Part shown: in pieces, positions 38,521 to 52,666 of the stretch
How positions within the stretch are numbered: position 1 is the first letter of the stretch
How the letters are laid out: each line of letters begins with the position of its first letter
Source of the DNA: Octopus sinensis
Lineage: Eukaryota
Direction of reading: 5' to 3'
Length of the DNA: 64,000 nucleotides
Assembly: GCF_006345805.1 (NCBI RefSeq)
Contig: NC_043008.1
Span: 63,798,001-63,862,000, forward strand
The notes under the pieces: generated by a model
The model's input: only the letters and a program-made list of their open reading frames with translations
The model's database searches: none
What the model was told of the DNA's origin: nothing
Translations under genes and position numbers: made by a program

Positions 38521-38562
38521 TTATAATAATAATAATAATTATAATAATAATAATAATAATAA

Positions 38563-38675
38563 TTTTCCATACAATAACCATCAGAGCATCACAACAAATC
38601 ACAGCACATACCCAAGGCACAGAGCTGTGCTCGGTAGTGAAGTGAAAGCATGCTATAAAAATAAAACTACTGAAT
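38563..38675 (+). mobile_element. R4/Dong-like extreme 3' end
   Basis: Matches 13720-13835; lies in (AAT)n. Confidence 0.88.
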
Positions 38676-39079
38676 AATAATAATAATAATAATAATAAAG
38701 TGAAGATTGAATAAAGTGCATGTTTGATTGGAAAAAGATGACCATCCCTATGTATAGCAAAAGGGATAAGGCTTTCTACTTATAGGCTGACCATTAATAT
38801 GATCTTGCAGGCCAGAGAATATTGCTTGAAGAAGGCACTTGCTTTTGAACAGTGAAGATAATCCAGGATTAGTTGGATCTCCTTGTTGGCCTCAATTGGT
38901 CGTCCTTATTATTAAGACATCCTTGTTGTTTGTCATTTCCCCTTTTGAATTTAGACTGTTGTTTGGTGTATTTGTTTTCCTAATAATTGATTCTGTAACT
39001 GCCTTCAACAAACCATCTTTGTAATTTGTCCCTGTAACATCCTTTTGTTCATTCTCCATGAAACAAGAATGAAGAAAGG

Positions 39080-39090
39080 ATTATTATTAC

Positions 39091-39142
<52 letters not shown>

Positions 39143-39185
39143 TTTATTGTCATTATTTTTATTATTATTATTATTATTATCATTA

Positions 39186-39226
<41 letters not shown>

Positions 39227-39275
39227 TTTATTGTCATTATTTTTATTATTATTATTATTACTTTTATTGTCATTA

Positions 39276-39347
<72 letters not shown>

Positions 39348-39447
39348 CATTATTATTATTATATCATTATTATTATATTATTATTATTATTGTTATTATT
39401 ATTATTGTTGTTGTTGTTGTTACTGTTGTTGTTGTTGTTGTTGTTAA
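39080..39447. repeat. (ATT)n/(GTT)n microsatellite with higher-order unit
   Basis: tttttattgtcattattttt recurs within the ATT run. Confidence 0.95.
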
Positions 39448-40509
39448 CATCATATTAACAGGGTTTTGTAGTGTGGTGGGCATTGTGTTGTATGTGTGGT
39501 GTGTGTTATGGTGCCTGTATGATTGCTGCATCTCATAAATGCTATTCGACTTTGATAATTTGAAAGCGGAACATTTCTATTGAAATTATAAAAAAAAAAA
39601 AAATAATCAGCATATGTTTCAGGTAAAAAAAAATAAATCAAAAGAAAATGAAAAACAAAAAATAGAAATAAAAAGCAAAATGCAATTTATACATAATTCA
39701 TACACTGCAAAGATATTTCTTTTAAAAGGAAAATACCTGAATATGTTTTGTTTAATATTAATAAAAAATTTTTTTTCAACAATTTTTGTCTTCTATTTCA
39801 ATATCTTAAACCACTCAAACAACAAAAAAAATTTAATTTCATAGTGTAAAAAAAAAAAAAAAATAAAACAAAAAAAATTAACAAAGCAACAAAACAACAA
39901 CCATTCCTATGTTCTTCTAATGTACTGATATAACTTTTGAAATATTAATTTCTCTTTCAGTTTTGCTCACATATATTTATATTTTTATTTTCAGTTTTTT
40001 AATATTTTCTTGTTGTCTACTTATCATTATATCTTTCTATGAGTCACAAATGTATTTTGCAATAAACATGAGAGAGTATAATGGTGTGGGTACACAGAAG
40101 CATGATTGGATAATGAAGATGCAGAGAAAGCTAAGCTATTATGGTTATTATTAACATATCTGTTTTATTTAGTCCTGACAGACGATCGCTCTTTTGTGCC
40201 AATGGTATGATTAAATGCACCCAGTACTCTCTGTAAGTGGTTCATGGTAAGAAGTGCCTCTTAGCAGTATGAACCATACCATTTCACAAAATGAATATAA
40301 AATACATGACAGCAATAATTGGTAGCTTTCCCTGGTGTCTCATATCAAATGAACACAATGACAAGTGGAGAAACTGGGAAACATACTGGCTGAGACACAT
40401 AAAACCATACCAGCAATCAAAGAAAAAACATTCATAAAACAACACACACACACATTTATGCACTCATATATTGTCATCACATACACATATACATACATAT
40501 ACATACTTA

Positions 40510-40575
<66 letters not shown>

Positions 40576-40601
40576 ATATGTATATATATGTATATACATA
40601 C

Positions 40602-40637
<36 letters not shown>

Positions 40638-40658
40638 GTACGTGTGTGTGTGTGTGTG

Positions 40659-40860
40659 TAGGCACGTAGCTTAGTGGTTAGGGTATCAACACCATGATCG
40701 TAAGATTGTGGTTTCGATTCCTGGACCGGGCGACGCGTTGTGTTCTTGAGCAAAACACTTCATTTCTCATTGCTCCAGTCCACTCAGCTGGGGAACACAT
40801 ACGCCATAGAAACTGGGAAACCGGGCCCATGAACCTGGCTAGGCTTTAAAAGGGCGCATT

Positions 40861-40862
<2 letters not shown>
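40659..40862 (+). mobile_element. tRNA SINE (B-related), internally deleted relative to 49236
   Basis: ggcacgtagcttagtggttagggtatcaacaccatgatcg...gtttcgattcc; tail aaaagggcgcattta. Confidence 0.85.
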
Positions 40863-40911
<49 letters not shown>

Positions 40912-41574
40912 AGTGGTACAAGGCACCAATATTTACTGGAAATAGCAGTCAATAATATATGACGCTATAGTAAAGCTTCACTGGCAAAGATGTTTGCGGG
41001 TGGTGAACATAAAAGGTTCATCTTACATGGAGGGAGAAGATTAGATAAATGCAAAACCCAGATGTGGATAATCTAGGACCTAGGTTTCTAGCTCTCCAAA
41101 ATACATTTGTTAATGTAAATTTGATTAGTTCTCCTCAGCTAGATTCACCAGACAAAATTTTAAATGTTGTTACATTTGTGCCACTATACTCACCTGAATG
41201 CATAAGCCGTTAACAGAACTGAGAACAGTAAAAATATATGTGTGTGTCTATGTGTGTTTGTGTGTGTGTATGTGTGTTCGTGCATGTGTGTGTGTATTTA
41301 TACTCATATATATTTTAAGACATATTCATATGCATATGTATGAGTGTAAGTAGGTAGCTAACTACACACACATGCTGATAACAATCTATTATTGAATCAT
41401 TTGGAGCATGTCAATAAGCTATTAAAAAATTGAAATTTCTAAATAATTGTTTACCCACTTGTATGTGTGTGTGTATGTGTGTGTGAGAAAGAGAGAGACA
41501 GAGAGGATGTCCTAGTGTCTGTTTTATTCTGTTTGGAGATCGTGCTATTTTTGAAAAGGAATTCATTTTGGTAG

Positions 41575-41880
41575 ATCCATCATGATGTTATCCCATTCCT
41601 CTTGTTTAGCATCTGTATGTCTGGTTTGACTATGAGGTATTTTTCTGTTGAGCATAAAGGACAGATTCTTGAACAAATTTATGTATGATGACACAGTCAT
41701 TCAATCCCAGTTTTACATTTGCAGCAATATTGATTTCTTTAAACTCCCAAATGTATTTAGACTGAGATGTTGCATGCCTTTGGAGTAGTTTCTGGAACAT
41801 GTGCATTTGCATTGTGTATCTGCCTTCCATTCCAAGGTTCAACATGTGTTGCCAGTATAGTGTTTTTTGACTTATCTATC
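41575..41880 (-). pseudogene. Penelope-like element GIY-YIG endonuclease relic
   Basis: KHYTGNT...RYTMQMHMF...HATSQSKYIWEFK...CPLCSTEKYLI...LNKRN, with frameshifts and stops; matches the PLE GIY-YIG C-terminal pattern. Confidence 0.8.
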
Positions 41881-42429
41881 CTGTGATATGACACATGCAC
41901 ACATATACACACACACAAATATCTTGACGCCAACACATATATATGCACACACAGTCATTCAAATGAGGTCATGCTGAGGCAACACCTTCAAAGGTTTTAG
42001 ACAGTCATATCAATACCAGTACTTATTTCAATCTTGTACTTATTATGTTCAGTTCTATATTAGGCAATTATAAGCACTAATTTGAGATGGAGAAGATCAA
42101 ATGGTTTATTGGTAGAAAACAAGCTACCAATAATTACACTATAAAGTGCCTGCTTATCATTCATTTCCTTTCAGGTATGGAAAATTAACTTTTCTGTACA
42201 ATTTGTACTTATATTTTGCAGAGTTCAGCTATTATCATCAATACCATCATCACCATCATCATCATTGTTTTTGCATCTGCAATTTCCATGCTGGCATTAG
42301 CTGAGTGACAGATATTGAGGCAAAGTTCTTTCATCAGGTGTGCTTTCTGTTACTATTCCTTGTTTTTGAAGCAATTAATTTTTATTCGCAAGTGAAACTG
42401 TGAGCTATACGAAATATTACTCTTTTACT

Positions 42430-42820
42430 TTCTCTTTTCCTCTTTTACTTGTTTCAGTCATTTGACTGCAGCTATGCTGGAGCACCACCTATAGTCAAGC
42501 AAATCGACCCCAGGACCTATTCATTTTAACCCTAGTACTTATTCTATTGGTCTCTTTTGCCGAACCGCGAGGTTAAGGGGACATAAACACACCAGCATTG
42601 GTTGTCAAGCGATGTTGGCGGGAGGGGCAAACACAGACACATAGTACACGCACACACACATATACGATGGGCTTCTTTCAGTTTCCATCTACCAAATCCA
42701 CTCACAAGGCTTTGGTCAACCTGAGGCTATAGTAGAAGACACTTGCCCAAGATGCCATGCAGTAGGACTGAACCTGGAACCATGTGGTTTGAAAGCAAGC
42801 TTCTTACCACACAGCTACTC
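42430..42820 (-). mobile_element. tRNA SINE family A
   Basis: Homologous to 26025-26438. Confidence 0.9.
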
Positions 42821-43254
42821 ATATATATAATACTAATAGAAAATTTAGGCAAATATGTATTATTAGGTTAGTGTATTTAAATGTTGAGTAGAGCACCAGT
42901 ACAGTTTAGGCTAGTTGTTGACACACAAACACATACACACACACACACATATATATATATACATATATATATACACGATGGGCTTCTTTCAGTTTTTGTC
43001 TACCAAATCTATTCACAAGGTAAAAGTTTTTATTTTTCATTTACTTCGAAAATTGCAATTAAATCGTGGTTTTGGCCATGTTGGCTGCTATTTCTAGCAT
43101 GTAAAACTTACCTGTTAAAGAGTAGTTTTCTTTTGTGTTTAAATGTACACTATTTTAAAATATGAATATGTTGTCTATTGACTATTTATACATGCTAAAC
43201 CACTGGTGGTGATATTTATAACGAATATTCGCTATCCTATATATGTATCTTATA

Positions 43255-43480
43255 TATATGTATGTGTGTGTATATGTTTGTGCGTCTGTGTTTGTCACCC
43301 CCAACATCGCTTGACAACCAATGCTGTTGTATTGACGTCCCTGTAACTTAGCTGTTTGGCAAAAGAGACCAATAGAATAAGTACTAGGCATAAAAAGAAT
43401 AAGTCCTGGGGTCGATTTGCTCGACTAAAGTGGTGCTCCAGCATGGCCACAGTCAAATGACTGAAACAAGTAAAAGAATA
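43255..43480 (+). mobile_element. 3' half of SINE family A
   Basis: Tail gcatggccacagtcaaatgactgaaacaagtaaaaga. Confidence 0.85.
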
Positions 43481-43799
43481 AATACATTAGATAATGCATT
43501 TTACAGAATCCTCCAAGCTATAACAATAATAGGGATGTGGGGAGGGGGTAGAATGGTAGAATCATGAAAGGATTAAACAAAACATCAAATGGTATTAGGT
43601 TAGGACCCTTTACAAGGAATTTCCGTCTCATCGAAGTGAACTTTGGCATGTATCCTTTTGGGGTTAGTAAAATGGAATACCATTGAGGAACAGGAACTGG
43701 TTTATGTTCCTGCAATGCCTCCCAGCTAGAAATGGTATTATAAAAGAAGACGAAACAAGTATTGGAAAATAGATATTAGCTAATTAATACTGCTTATAC

Positions 43800-44520
43800 T
43801 ACTAATAATGCTACTGGTGATGAAAATGATGGTAGTGTTGTCGTTGTTGTTGGTAGTGGTGTTTTTGTTGTTGTTGTTGTTGTTATTGGTTGTGGTGGTG
43901 ATGGTGGGGGTAATAGCACTGGTGGTGGTAATGACAGCACTGGTGGTAGCATCTATGACAGCAACAAAGATGATGATGATGATGATAGTTTTATTGTTGT
44001 TGCTGCTGTTGTTGTTTGTGGTGGTGGTGGTAAGGGTGGTGGTGAGGTGTGGCGTGGCAGCAGTAGTAGTGGCAATGAAAATGATGACAGCAATGACAAG
44101 GATGATGTTGGTAATGATGATAATGACGATGATGATGTCGATGATGTTGATGATGATGTTAATGATGTTGACGATGACGATGATGATGATTATGACGACG
44201 ACGACAACAACATCAACGCTGATGATGATGTTGATGATAGCATGATGATATCAATGGTTACAATCCTGATCATGACAACTATGATGAGGAAGATGAGGAT
44301 GATGATAATGATAATGATGATAATGATGATGATGGTTGTAGTACAGCTGGTAATTAACATCATTATAAACTTCTCTTTCACTTCATCATCATCATCATTA
44401 TCACCACCACCACCCCTCACCACTGCTTGTGGTGATTGTGCCACCACCACCAACACTGTCGCTGCCACCACCACCACCACCACTGGCAACAGCAATAGCA
44501 GTAGCCATAGCAACAGTGTC
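43800..44520. repeat. Degenerate trinucleotide field (GAT/GTT/GGT/CAC)
   Basis: Read directly; source of the poly-M/D/L ORFs. Confidence 0.9.
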
Positions 44521-45923
44521 TTTCACTTTACTCTTGACAGCTTAGTAATGTCTTCAATGCCACTTGCTTGCTTACTTTAGCGGAATGTTCCAAAAGAGAT
44601 TACAGATACAAGTTTAATACTCTGAGAAGAATGCAATTAGAGACACTGTATTGTTTTAACATAGTTGCATTTGAAGAGCTTAGAATTGCCACACAGAATC
44701 CAACATGCACTCAATCTATATCAAAACTTTATTATCTGAAATGCTTTTGGATAATTCTGATAAATTAATTAACCTAATTATGGACAATTGTGAGACCTAT
44801 CGCAGTCCATTGAACAGAAAGAGTAATGACTAAGGTTAACGAAATTCACTTAATAAAGAATGCCAGTGTACAAACAAAAGTTAATTATACATTATATAAC
44901 TCACCACGTGATATAATCCATTTTGCGTAGAATGAATGCATAGCAAGATTAAATATGTTTAAACACAAACCATAAGCTATAAGAAATATCCAGCATGAAT
45001 ATCTCATTTTCTGTTGAATAGGGAATTCATGAAACCTAATATTACATTCGAGAGAAAATATCGTGAATTGTACATGAAGATAAGTTGCAAGCATGTATGT
45101 TGTAAGTTAATTCATTTTTATGGTTGATGTTGTTCTTTAAACCCCAGGTCAGTTTTGATTAAAAAGATCTTGTGATCAAAAGAACCCAGGTCAGCTATAA
45201 TTAATAGGAATTTGTGATGAGAAAAGCTCCGGGTCAGCTTTGATTAATAATACCTTGTGATCAATGACATTCCAAAGACATTTATTACCATCCTGTCTTT
45301 GTTTAAGGCACAATGTATCCAAGATAATGCAGTCCTCATAAAATATGTCTCTTTTCATTTTACAGAATGGGATTTGGGGGAGGGGAGAGCTTTAGCTGTA
45401 ATTTCTAGTAAATTAAATTACCGCAGTCCTCTCATTTTATATATTTCTTTTGTTTATTTATTTATTTTTTTTTTGGTGGAGGAAGGGCTTTTTTTAATGG
45501 TTCGGGCATGGCTGTGTAGCTAAGAAGGTTGCATCAGAACTATGCAGTTTATGGCGCACTCCCACTACATGACTCTGTCAGAAACTTTTACCATTACTGC
45601 AGGTTGCCTAATGTTGTGAAAATTAATTATTTACTAAATGGAAAATGAAAGGCTCCTGTTGTATGCTTGGGTGTGTGTGTGTATGTGCGTGGGGATCATG
45701 TGCATATATGGGTGGATGGGTGATTGTGTGCATGTGTGTGCACATGAGTGTTTGTATATGACCCCCTTTTTCTGTGCATGATAATTGTAAATGATGATCA
45801 CCAGCATACTGACTGATGAATTAGCTTATAACCCTTCACAAATGTATGATTAGCTAATGATTATGTCCATTGTTTGAAGAACTAGGAAAAAAAATATCAT
45901 ATTACAAGGATACAGGTTAATGT

Positions 45924-46128
45924 GCTGTTCAAGAATTTGGACCCGGAGATCTCCATTTCCAGCGACATTGAGGGCCACCTCCCAGTGGTGTCAGATGTTA
46001 ACAAAGAGCCCTTGACTACAACAAGATGACCAAAGTTTTTGTCTTTTTCCAAGGTCTGGGGTCTCCCACCCCTAAACCCTAGACCATCACCTAATCACCC
46101 TTACCCATCTTGTTGCTTAACAACAACA
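45924..46128 (+). mobile_element. 5'-truncated retroposon with (AAC)n tail
   Basis: 12-bp TSD acaggttaatgt at 45912-45923 and 46129-46140. Confidence 0.8.
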
Positions 46129-46204
46129 ACAGGTTAATGTTGGCAACAGAAAGAGCATCTGGCTGTCGAAAAATGTAACTCAATAAGATTTCATCTGGAC
46201 ACAA

Positions 46205-46640
46205 ACCCTACTTGTGAAGACGTGTTGAGGCAAATGAAAATGAAAATCGAAATTAATCAACATAAATGGAAATTGTAGCTGTGCTACCAGTGCCGATGGC
46301 ACGTAAGAGAACCATCCGAACATGGCTGTTGCCAACGCCGCCCCGACTGGCCTCTGTGACTGTGGCACGTAAAATGCACCATCCGATTGTGGCTGTTGCC
46401 AGCCTCGTCTGGCCCCATGCCGGTGGCACGTAAAAAGCACCCACTACACTCACGGAGTGGTTGGTGTTAGGAAGGGCAGATCAGGTAGGTAGGGCAGATC
46501 AGCTAGGAAGGGCAGATCAAGGGTAGAAGCACTGCCAGATCAGACTGGGCCTGGCGCAGCCTTGTAGCTTCCCAGACCCCAGTTGAACTGTCCAACCCAT
46601 GCTAGCATGGAAAGCGGACGTTAAACGACGATGATGATGG
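46205..46640 (+). mobile_element. RTE 3'-UTR-derived repeat
   Basis: Ends ccatgctagcatggaaagcggacgttaaacgacgatgatg. Confidence 0.88.
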
Positions 46641-47554
46641 TGATGATTGCGAACATGGGGAAAAAAGTGGATGGTAAAATGATGACATTGGTAACAATGT
46701 TGACAACAATGATATCGGTAGTGGAGGTCATTAGGATGGAACTGGTGATGTCAATGACAATGCTGATAGTGACTACAACACCAACAACACTGATGACAAC
46801 TCCAACAATATTCTGGATGATTTCCATACAAGAATTCTTTCTTTCTGTCTCTTTAGTTTCTTAGATAAGGTACGTAACCTTCTGGGGCCACTACTTACAT
46901 TCTTTTCAGACATAGACTTGCTTCTTAATTATGTTTCGTTCTGAAAAACAAACTGAAAAATATTGAAATATTTCCAAGAAATTTATTTAGCTTCAAGCTT
47001 AGAATTAAGCTAAGTCACTTATAAAGTTATCACTTATTTATCTCTTACGCACAGAAGAAATTATCCTTCAAGTGTTCTCTTTATCATGTTTATTTTGTTA
47101 TTTTATATTTATTTCTAAATTTGTTATCGTATAGTTTTTCGATTAACAATAACCATGCCTCAGATAACCCTAATAAATCAACATGAAGAAGACTATAATT
47201 CAGATGGTACTTTATTCTAGAAACTAGAGATAAAAACAATTTATACCGCAACACTTACAAACCACTTATATCAGACCTATTATTTCTTTGAGGTGAAAAT
47301 AAATAAATAAATAAAAATAAATATCTAACAAAATTGTGACATTTCAATAATCCTGGAAAGTAATTTTATAATGAAACCAGCATCGTTTTAAGTGATACAT
47401 ATTCTTAGAATATACAGCAGCCAGTCTAAAACTTATCTCAATTAGAATATTCAATGCATTGTATATGTATATACAATTAGTAATATCTAAAGATTTGAAT
47501 ACCTGACTGTAACATTTAAAATGTATATACAAATGTAAAACATCATTAGTCATA

Positions 47555-48425
47555 ATATTTTGTCTCAGAGAAATTTGTCAAATAGACTTGAGTGTCAAAA
47601 ACAAAAGTCATTACTCAAAATGATGCCTGATCATAAAGCATTGTGTTTTGTCTGATTTTGCTCATCAATTACGAAAACTCCAGATGTTCTGATTGAAGCC
47701 ATATATCTTTGCTCCAATATTGAAATCGGTAGACAAAACTTTTGCTGATTTGTGCAAAAGCTAGACAGACTAGAATGAAATTAATATACAAACTTGTAAC
47801 ATTCTTAGATTAAAATACTGGGGTGCATAATACCAATAATCTGCATACACACATGAAATAGCATTAGCTGTAATTGTCTTAGAGAATCTTCTCAAAAGCC
47901 ATTTGCTTTTTAGAAACACAGACTTCACTCAGAACATCAGTGGATCATCAGACACCTGTGTTTTGATCTGATTTACTCTCCTCAGTGATGAATAACTTAG
48001 ATGTTCTGATCTAAGCCAAATATCTACAACAGAACATATATGGTTTGATATAGATATCAGTAAGCAACACAGTTTCTGATTTGGGCAAAATTTAACCAGA
48101 GCAAAATTGAATTAATACACACATTTGAAATGGGTTTAGATTAAAATTTTCTGTGAGTGTAACATTTATTATGAGTGTACAAATATGAAACAGTACTTGA
48201 TGCGGTATCCTTATTTCTGTAACAGATCGAGCATTCTTAGCATAGCTAGAAACATCTGGAGGTATTTGTCACTGAGGTAACCACATCAGGTTGAAACATA
48301 TTATTTGGTAATTCACAAACATTTCTGCATGAAACCCTAAAGTTTTTTGTCTCACAAAACTCTTTTAGAAATTTCTATGAGACAAAATACTACAGCTAGT
48401 GCTGTTTCTCATTTATGCATGCATC
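47555..48425. repeat. Old ~316-bp tandem duplication plus an inverted partial copy
   Basis: gatgttctgat at 47684 and 48000; ttgtct(c/t)agagaa at 47559 and 47874; 48245-48420 is inverted relative to the units. Confidence 0.65.
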
Positions 48426-49235
48426 ATAAGTGTTGTACAAATATTATAAATGTTATTTTATATACTGTTTTGTGTTGTTTTATACATTTAAAAAAATATT
48501 TTATTTGTTTATGAATTATATGGAGTATTTAATATAAAATATATATGAGAAAAAAATAAACAATTGGAGGTATGTGAAGTATTTAGGCATTCAAATATTG
48601 ATAGAGAAGTATTCAAATAATCATGCTTCAAAGAGCTTTTACTGTAAATTCTACAAATATATTTAATGCCAATATCAAGAAAGCAAGTAACTTGAATAGT
48701 ATTGCATACTACAGATGCAGTATTTCTAATCGAGAAAAGATACTTGGTACATTTTTTTTCCGAAGAGAAGTTACTAAACCACTAAACAGTCCATATAACC
48801 ACTAAACTCCCTTCCTATATTTTGCACATCAAAATTAAAGAGAGAGTGTGCTTACATTCTCATTTATCCCTTAGTAAGGCTTTAGAATATTAAAATTTTC
48901 TTCAGTCTTACTCATTTATACTACTGTATATATAATTGATATTGTTTAATTAATGACAAATTATCAAATTAAAAAATATGCAAATTTGGCTATCCTTTAT
49001 CCACCACGGTGTTAAAGCTAGGTATGGTTTCTCTGAGGAGAGGACAACAGACAGTGAAACAGTAGAGTATATCTGAAGACTTTTTCCCACTTTTTCCACA
49101 CATCAATAGTATAGAAGGAATATATTTAGATTCTTATTTTACCCGCAGTCAGGCTTTATATTGTTTAAATTTATTTCAATTCTTCTGATATACTCTGCAT
49201 TGCACATGGAATAGATATTATTTAATAACTTAAAA

Positions 49236-49488
49236 TAAATGCGCCCTTTTTAAAGCCTAGCAAGGCTCATGGGTCCGGTTTCCCGGTTTCAATGGTGTAT
49301 GTGTTCCCCAGCTGGATGGGACGCCAGTCCATCGCAGCATTACTCATTTTTGCCAGCTGAGTGGACTGGAGCAAAGTGAAATGAAGTGTTTTGCTCAAGA
49401 ACACAATGCATCGCCCGGTCCAGAAATCGAAACCACAATCTTATGATCATGGTGCTGACACCCTAACCACTAAGCCATGCACCTCCAC
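49236..49488 (-). mobile_element. tRNA SINE (B-related)
   Basis: Reverse of the 40659 family; TSD atttaataac. Confidence 0.88.
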
Positions 49489-50439
49489 ATTTAATAACAT
49501 AGTACAAATAAATTATGAATTATTATTACTAACTACAAAGTATTGTTCACAACAATAATGACATAGAAATGCTTATGAATGTAATGACATAGAAATAACA
49601 GATGTGTTATTGGCAATAATCTCATAGTACTAACTTGGTATTTGTAATAACCATAATATTACTGAATTATACTATTCAATTATTGAGGACATAGTAAGCT
49701 CTATAGTGCTGCTGCCACAATAGAATACACTCATTAAAGTCCAAAAAGAAGTTAGCAAACAAACAACGAAAACAGGGTTGAGAGGACTTTTTGGGGTTGA
49801 CTGCTTGAGAACATAATAACCTCTCTTGTGCTGGTGCCAGGATAGAATGAACCCAGTACAGCTGTTGAGTGATCGGTGATAGATAGGGCATCTAGCTAGA
49901 GAAATGATACCAAAAAGGATATACCTAAGTGAGATGTGGTTATCTGCCCTTGTATCAGAACAGTGGCTCCCAATAAGAATTGACTTAAATCATATCAACC
50001 TATCTGACCCATGCCAGTACGGAAAGTGAATAGAAAATGAATGACAATGAGAATGATAACGACATTGTATTAGTAATGATTGCAATTACATAGCACTATT
50101 AATGACAATCAATACATAATATCGACATTATTACTAATGATAAAATATTAATTACACAGTAATGCTGTAGTAATTACACAGAAATGCTGCAGTATTGCAT
50201 AGTATTATTAATGGCATTAATTATAAAGTAATGAAATAGTGTCACTGATTACATGGTAATTGCACAGTACTGATTTTGTACTACTCACATCATCATAATC
50301 ATCTTCATCCTCCTCATCCTTCTCCTTTTTCTCCTACTCACCATCTTTAGTTTTAGTGGAAGATTTATTTACTGGTATGGGTTGAATGTTTTGAAAAGAT
50401 ACGAGTTAGAGGACCATATCTTGCTCCAGTGTCCCAGTG

Positions 50440-50778
50440 AGGATCCTCCAACCGGTCATGAATGACCTTGGGATTGCACCTGGAAACTTACCCTCCAAGG
50501 CACAAGTCCTGGTAAGAATGTTTATAGAAGACCAGCAGTCAACCATGCATACCAGCCACTCTTCTCCATGCCACCAATGTTATCCAAGACAAAGATAAAG
50601 GCCGATGCACCTTGGTACCAGTGACATTGCAACTCATTTCTACAGCTGAGTAAACTGAAGCAACATGAAATAAAGTGTCTTGCTCAAGAACAAAACACAG
50701 CCCAGTCCAGGAATTGAACTCACTACCTCATGATTGTGAGCCTGATGCTCTAACCACTGAACCATGTGTCTTCCCACA
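50440..50778 (-). mobile_element. tRNA SINE family C
   Basis: Homologous to 16472-16820. Confidence 0.88.
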
Positions 50779-52542
50779 TGTACCAGTTTTGTCATGATTT
50801 CTATGGCTGGACAGCTTTCATAATGTTGGTCCTTTTATAGAGTGGGTGCCTTTCTTTTCATGGGTCTTAGCTTAAAGAGCTTGTGTTGTAATTTGGAAGA
50901 CTAAAGAGACCTGTTTAATTGAATGGAAGGACAGGAGGTAGAGAGGTTGTTTTAAGCAAGCTGTTGAGAGACTAAAGAAGGAAAGGCAGGGTTGGAGCAG
51001 GTTTACTTTTGTGGAGGAGATACATGAATACCTTGCATTTTAGATGGGTGAGTAGGGAATGCTTTACTACTGCTCAAAACAGAGATATATGTGGTGGTGA
51101 TAAAGTGCCAGCATCTATTATACTGTTGATTTCATAATAAAATGTCACATCACACCAGCTCCATCAAACAACCTCAGTCATAGATACAAGACCAGAGCAT
51201 GGCATATTTATTGCATTAGAAGTTGTGCAACGACTTCAAGTGCTTGATTTACTACATTGTTTTCTTTCTGTAGGGTTTTATCAAACATGACTGTCAGGGA
51301 TCAGTTAATAACAACATATAAAACATTAAAATTGCTCATTCATTTTTTTCTTCTTTTATCTAAATTTTTGTTCAATCTTAGGGGAAATGGATTTAATGAT
51401 AAAGGAATAGATAAAAAGAATCCGAACATTTAAGTAGTTGTAAGTAATTTTACATAATTGTTTAAAATAGAAGAAAGTCTTTTTGTTATTTAGTTACTTT
51501 TTTAAAATTTTTAAATGTTCAATGAAACATCAGCATGCTTTCTGTTTAAAACTCAATTTCTTTATCTTTCTAATATTGTGTAAAGTAATGTTGATTTCCT
51601 TTTGATATAAAATTTACAAATGTTTCCATGAGCTTCTGTTTCCTCCCTCTCTCATTTTCTGAGATTATTTTCTTCCCGTATTTCGTGACTTTTTCTCTCT
51701 CATCTCCATTTTAGCATAAACTATTTCCACTTTGCTTAGTGAAATAACAAATTTCATTTTTAAAATTTTAAATATTTTTTTTTTTTATTATATTAGTTAG
51801 TTTGTGTTCTGAATTTTAGAATGCATTAAATTTGTAGTAAAATCTAAGGCTTTATTTGTTGAGAAAAATAAAGGGACTACAAATGATTTTAAGCATCGGT
51901 AAAAATTGTTTTACTATTTTGTTTTATGTCATTGAACAACTACTTAAACACTTCATTTTTCTATAAAAGATGGCAAATTTAGAATGTCATTATTGTAAAT
52001 ACTAATCATATATGAAGTCAAAATCTTAGGTAACTTAATAATAGCTACAAGATACAGAAACTTAACCCTGACAATAAGATATGCAAATTCACATACTTAA
52101 AAATTGGCTTGCACCATCATCAACATCATCGCCATCAATTTCATAATCTTCATTATCATTTTCATAATAATCATCATCATTGTTGCAATAATTATCATCA
52201 TTGTCTCATCATCCTTGTCGCCATAGTCATCAGTATCATCATCATCTCCATCATCATCAACATCATCAACATCAACATTGTCATCAGTATTATTATCATC
52301 ATTGATGTTATTACTGCCATCATTATCACCGCAACGATGGTGATCACCATCATCATCATTGTCATCACTTTTCCATGCTAGCATGGGTCAGATAGACATC
52401 AATCAAATGGGTTTTCTATGGCCAGACATTATGCTTTCACAAAAAATCCAGATATGAACCTCACCGCATGTGTCATGATATTTCTCAGTTACAACTACCA
52501 CAGGATATCAAAAGAAGGAGACACAAACACACACACACACAC

Positions 52543-52594
<52 letters not shown>

Positions 52595-52666
52595 ATATAT
52601 ATATGTACATATATATATGTACATATATATATGTACATATATATATATATATTATATATATATATT

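Noticed and set aside
39045-44580. Long low-complexity ORFs (poly-L/I/M/D/Y), here and throughout
   Set aside because: Translations of microsatellites.
44576-44621. Minus-strand 46-nt exon with good splice signals (ctaat...ttctcag / gtaagc)
   Set aside because: Stops in all three frames; could only be a non-coding exon, which cannot be supported from sequence alone.
49065-49196. 16-bp inverted repeat containing CTGAAGA
   Set aside because: No stem II-GAAA-stem III arrangement; too short to call an element.
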